From the NCBI GenBank assembly GCA_950097015.1, contig CATNEN010000033.1, forward strand, positions 62,001 to 126,000: DNA of 64,000 nt, read 5' to 3'. The DNA is from Macrostomum hystrix (taxonomy: Eukaryota; Animalia; Platyhelminthes). Under the pieces are notes generated by a model, which was given only the letters and a program-made list of their open reading frames with translations, did not search any database and was not told the origin of the DNA. Below, piece after piece: positions 59,029 to 64,000 of the stretch. The position numbers were made by a program, and so were the translations under genes. The stretch's first letter is position 1, and the number at the start of each line of letters is the position of its first letter.

Positions 59029-60692
59029 TCACAGCTCGGAGCCGCGACCAGTGGAGTGGCCAGCCAACCAGGTTGGTCTGGGCTTGCCAGGTACTGGGAA
59101 AAATATCCCCTTGCCCTGCGGAGGCGACGTCTGCAAATAAAAAAGTTAGTTCATGGTTCAAGTACCACATATGTAGGGAAAAACAAGCCCAGCTTATAGA
59201 GACAGGTAGGTAGAGACTCTAACAGGAAAGGTGAAAGGTTCTCAGGCTAAAAGGTGACATGAATCCCTGGCTATTAATAGCAAGTACATTCGTATCGCGA
59301 TCGGGAACTCACCAGCATCCCTGATGGTGACGATGGTGGCAGCTGGTTATCTGTTGAGTTGCCGCTTGCAAGCTGCTGCTGCTGCTGCTGCTGCTGCGCT
59401 GTAGAGCGAGGACTGGCGGCGGGAAGGTCAAGCAGCCGCTGATGGCCCAGCCAGGGAGGACCCGCATTCGCACCGTCGAGCAGCTGAGAGCGACTGCGTG
59501 CGTCGAAAATATTGAGTTTATACACACAGCTCCAACTGCACATCCCCAAACTGCACACCCCCAAACTGCACATCCCCAAACTGCACATCCCCAAACTGCA
59601 CATCCCCAAACTGCACACCCCCAAACTGAACATCCCCAAACTGCACACCCCCAAACTGAAAATCCCCAAACTGCACATCCCCAAACTGCACATCCCCAAA
59701 CTGCACACCCCCAAACTGAACATCCCCAAACTGCACACCCCCAAACTGAAAATCCCCAAATTGCACATCCCCAAACTGCACATCCTCAAACTGCACACCC
59801 CCAAACTGAACATCCCCAAACTGCACATCCCCAAACTGCACATCCCCAAACTGCACACCCCCAAACTGAACATCCCCAAACTGAACATCCCCAAACTGCA
59901 CACCCCCAAACTGCACATCCCCAAACTGCACACCCCCAAACTGCACACCCCCAAACTGAACATCCCCAAACTGAACATCCCCAAACTGCACATCCCCAAA
60001 CTGCACACCCCCAAACTGAACATCCCCAAACTGCACATCCCCAAACTGAACATCCCCAAACTGCACATCCCCAAACTGAACATCCCCAAACTGAACATCC
60101 CCAAACTGCACATCCCCAAACTGCACACCCCCAAACTGAACATCCCCAAACTGAACATCCCCAAACTGCACATCCCCAAACTGCACACCCCCAAACTGAA
60201 CATCCCCAAACTGCACATCCCCAAACTGCACATCCCCAAACTGCACATCCCCAAACTGAACATCCCCAAACTGAACATCCCCAAACTGCACATCCCCAAA
60301 CTGCACATCCCCAAACTGAACATCCCCAAACTGCACATCCCCAAACTGCACACCCCCAAACTGAACATCCCCAAACTGCACATCCCCAAACTGCACAAAC
60401 CCAAACTGCACACCCCCAAACTGAACATCCCCAAACTGAACATCCCCAAACTGCACACCCCCAAACTGCACATCCCCAAACTGCACACCCCCAAACTGCA
60501 CACCCCCAAACTGCACACCCCCAAACTGCACACCCCCAAACTGCACACCCCCAAACTGAACATCCCCAAACTGAACATCCCAAAACTGCACATGCCCAGA
60601 CTCTCACGGGCTGAGAGGTCGAAACAGGCTGCTAGTTGCTCCCGGAGGCGCCAGTGGAGCAGCCGGGGAAGGCCCGCTGGAGAAACCGTTCA

Positions 60693-60723
<31 letters not shown>

Positions 60724-62918
60724 AATTGATGAGTGCGTGCGCCTTTTAGTCTTCTTCTTCTTCTGCCTCAGTTGGGCCGGAGGTGCAGCCGCGGCTAACA
60801 CTTCGCCATTCGCAGAAATGGTCGAAGCGTCGGCATCGAGTCGACGGCCAGCAGGCACAGGGCCCAGTGGCTCCAGCTGTGTTGGCAGCGGGCGCGGCGC
60901 TGTGTGTGTGGAAGATTCTGTTTTGGTTACTGGTCCCAACTTATCAAAAGATGCTGAGTAGCTGGATGTGTCTAAAGTAGTCAACGACTCTGATTGGTTC
61001 CCTATGTTTTTAGTAGTGAATGATTTTAGCTGGGTCACTGTGTTCTCAGTAGTGAATGGTTCTGATTGGTTCGCTGTGTTTTCAGTAGTGAATGATTCTG
61101 ATTGGTTGGTTCGCTGTGTTCTCACTAGCGGACGATTCTGATTGGTTGGCCCATGAAACATACGTTAATTAACGAAGTAATCGTGATAACATGCCAATGC
61201 CATCATAAAAATTGATTCGAGTTATTTTATTTGCTCACATGGAGGCACTGGCCGGTTGACTCCAGTCGCGGCCTCAGCGTCAACACCAGCAAAGCTCGAA
61301 CCGTCGACCTCACCTACGTTGGCCTCTGCCTGAAACTGTGGCGGCGGAGGAAGCAACAGAAGGCCACTCTCCGATGCTGGGTCTCGGTCTTTGTCGTCTG
61401 CATTGAAGTCTTCCTGGTCATCATCGAATATTATCGCCGGGCCAGCGATGTCGCCGACATCGTCTGCTATGACCGTCGCTGAAGCAGCACCACCACTGAT
61501 GGGGCCGCCAGTGCTGGCACCGATTAGGCCGAGCAGCGGGTCTGCGAGGATTCGATGAGCACCATTTACACTGACTAATCCCAGAACTACAGATCCCAAA
61601 ACTACAGATCCCAACACCACAGATCGCAACACTACAGACCCCAACACTACAGATCCCAACACTACGGATCCCAACACTACAGATCCCAACACTACAGATC
61701 CCAACACTACAGATCCCAAACATTAAAGCTCATCTATCGGCAATTTTCTTACCTGGAATTCCTGCGGTCGCGACAGCAATCTCCAGGCCGTCGTCTTCGC
61801 TCTCCTTCCGGTCGAATCCCCCGGAAGTCTCTGCCCAATTGTCAGCTGCGGAGCTAGGACGCGACGCAGCCGCGGTCACCGCCGCCGCAGCTCCCGTCGC
61901 CGCTTCAACTGTCGTCTCCAAGCTTCTTAATCGTCGCCGAATAGTTGGCGGTGGAGTTGTTGGTGGCCGGGGCGACATTTCCTGGAATGTTCAAATTTTT
62001 AACGTTGTTTCGAAAAAGTAAAGCTCGGAAGCTTGCTCATTTGAGATCTAACTGAAATCGGTTATGAAATCTTTGTGTAAAAGAGTAAAGGTAAAATAAA
62101 ATAAATAAATGTAAAGTGCAGTGTAAAAGAGTGCTCAACAACAATTCTACTGTTGGTGCTCAGGTGTGAAAAAATTCGATCTCTAGAGTCATCGAGCCTA
62201 GACTGTCTAATATTCGATTGCATTGCTAAAAGTGAAACGAGAATCTGATTAGCACATGCGAGCTACGTGTACTTAAAATATTAGACTATTTCGGTGAGAA
62301 ACTTCAATGCACACTAAGAGGCATATTATACGCTCGTAGTATCCATAGAAAAATGTAAAAAGTAAAAGAATAACGCAGCTGGACATCTATCAAGCATCGT
62401 GGGATATAGCGAGCTTGGTCCGTGCAATCCTCACTTTGCCTCTCGCCTGCCTGTCGACATCATCCTCATTGTCCGCATTCTCAGACGCTGCATCCGCCTG
62501 TTGACCATTTTCTTCGGCAGCTGGCACTGAGAAGCTGCTCTGCTTGTCCAGCGGTGCCTTCTTCTTGGCGCGACGAGGCGTCGGAGCCGACGGTCGGCCG
62601 CCGCCGTCTTCGTCGCTGACATCAGACTCGTAGCAGGAGGCGTCCAGGCCAACAGCCGAGGAGGATTCGACACGAGAGCGACTAAGAGGCAGCGGCGGCG
62701 TCGGCGGCTGCGTTGACGGCATCGGCATTGTCCGAGGAGTTCTGGGTGTTCGCGGAGTTCGCGGAGTTCGCGATGCCGGTGCCGATGCGTCACCACTGGG
62801 CGGCGGCAGTGGCGGCGGCTTCGGGCGCATTGTGAATAGGTTGCCAGCGGGGCTGCCGACACCGCCAGTAACGCCACTGCCCTGCGAATGCGACCTTTGG
62901 GCGTGGCCAGAACCACCC

Positions 62919-62962
<44 letters not shown>

Positions 62963-63715
62963 TGCTGCTGATTTTGTCGCGGCAGCCAGCGATGCCGAGG
63001 GGATTTGGGCCTGCTGCTGCTGGGATCGGGGACTGGGAGACTTTGCCAGCAGCTACCGCAATTGGAATGGAAATTCAACGCCGAACATTGTGCCAGAGAT
63101 AAGAGTGGATAAGAACGTTCAGGTAAGCCACACAATTCGCATGCATCTACGTTAATAGTAATTAGTAGCGTTAATAGCCGGGCTTGCTATCCAAAGTTTT
63201 TTGTAGCACTTCGAACAAGATGATCCATCTAAACAAAATTTCAAAATTTCATAAAAAATTTGACTGACTTCACTAGCCCCGATCTCGACTACCCTCGACT
63301 AATCACTCACCGTTGGCATGGACCCTCGCAGGTGCTCGTGGGTCGAGTTTAGACCGAAGCCACCAGCCGCAGCATCAGCGTCGCGATACCGCTGCCGACA
63401 ATGGCTGGCTATGATCAGCTTGCAGTAGTTAAGGTGCCTCTGCTTGGCGTAGTCCCAGAGACTGGCGCCTTCGCTGTCGCGGAACTCCAAGTTGGCTGGG
63501 GCAAATTGATTTAAAGTTCTTGAAATCCTCTAATTCTTTATTTGAAAAAACTGTTCTCTCACCTCCACAGTCCAGCAAATAGTTAAGAACCTCCCCGTGA
63601 CCTCCGAGAGTGGCCAGGTGGGCAGCCGTTCTCTGGTCCTGATCCTTCTGGTTAATGGCATCAGTTGCTAAGTCTTTGCACACGTCCAGGATCAACTTGC
63701 AGGCCGGCAGGGAGC
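59029..63715 (-). CDS. Ankyrin-repeat protein with a long low-complexity C-terminus (5' part outside window)
   Basis: Exons 63715-63563, 63495-63311, 63052-62435, 61981-61753, 61574-61239, 60953-60608, 59493-59313, 59130-59029 join with consistent phases. Ankyrin motifs DQDQRTAAHLATLGGHGEVLNYLLDCGANLEFRDSEG. Confidence 0.72.
59529..60594. repeat. 15-bp minisatellite (CCCCAAACTGCACAT) in an ankyrin-gene intron
   Basis: About 70 units. Confidence 0.95.
61580..61722. repeat. 15-bp minisatellite (ACTACAGATCCCAAC) in an ankyrin-gene intron
   Basis: About 9 units. Confidence 0.88.
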
Positions 63716-63816
63716 CTAGAAGATTAGTTGAAACTTTTTTTAAATAGAGCTGTAATAGAACTCATTATTTGGCCTCGTTTACCTTCTAAGTTTGTGGGCC
63801 AGTAGCTGCTATACCA

Positions 63817-63990
63817 TTGACTCTTCCTGATTGGCTCACTAGCTACCAGCTATAGTTCTTCCTGATTGGCTCACTAGCTACCAGCTTTAGTTCTTCCTGA
63901 TTGGCTCACTAGCTACCAGCTTTAGTTCTTCCTGATTGGCTCACTAGCTACCAGCTTTAGTTCTTCCTGATTGGCTCACTAGCTACCAAT
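63817..63990. repeat. 35-bp minisatellite (TTCTTCCTGATTGGCTCACTAGCTACCAGCTTTAG)
   Basis: About 5 units at the window edge. Confidence 0.88.
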
Positions 63991-64000
63991 TTTGTTTCTT

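Overview
This is eukaryotic (animal) genomic DNA with GT-AG introns, GC-rich exons and AT-rich spacers. There are no operons, CRISPR arrays or rRNA genes. Nearly every long intron or spacer holds its own minisatellite, a style that suggests a free-living flatworm such as Macrostomum (inference only). I reconstructed about 11 spliced protein-coding genes by hand: a TTLL10-like ligase (partial), a complete 7-exon homolog of the proton-activated chloride channel PACC1/TMEM206, GPN2, a K2P channel, BOK, an EF-hand rhomboid, a PAN/Apple + C-type lectin, p70 S6 kinase, actin, the tail of an FRS2/Gab-like adaptor, and an ankyrin-repeat protein (partial). Mobile DNA includes a four-element nest in S6K intron 1 (Merlin-like MITE > Helitron > two MITEs with 8-bp TSDs), two convergent frameshifted Crypton-type tyrosine recombinases, a tRNA-derived SINE and LINE fragments. 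The PACC1 homolog, whose core the ORF track misses, is the most notable find. Most long ORFs in the ORF track are tandem-repeat artefacts. All homology calls are recognition from memory of family motifs; no searches were run.
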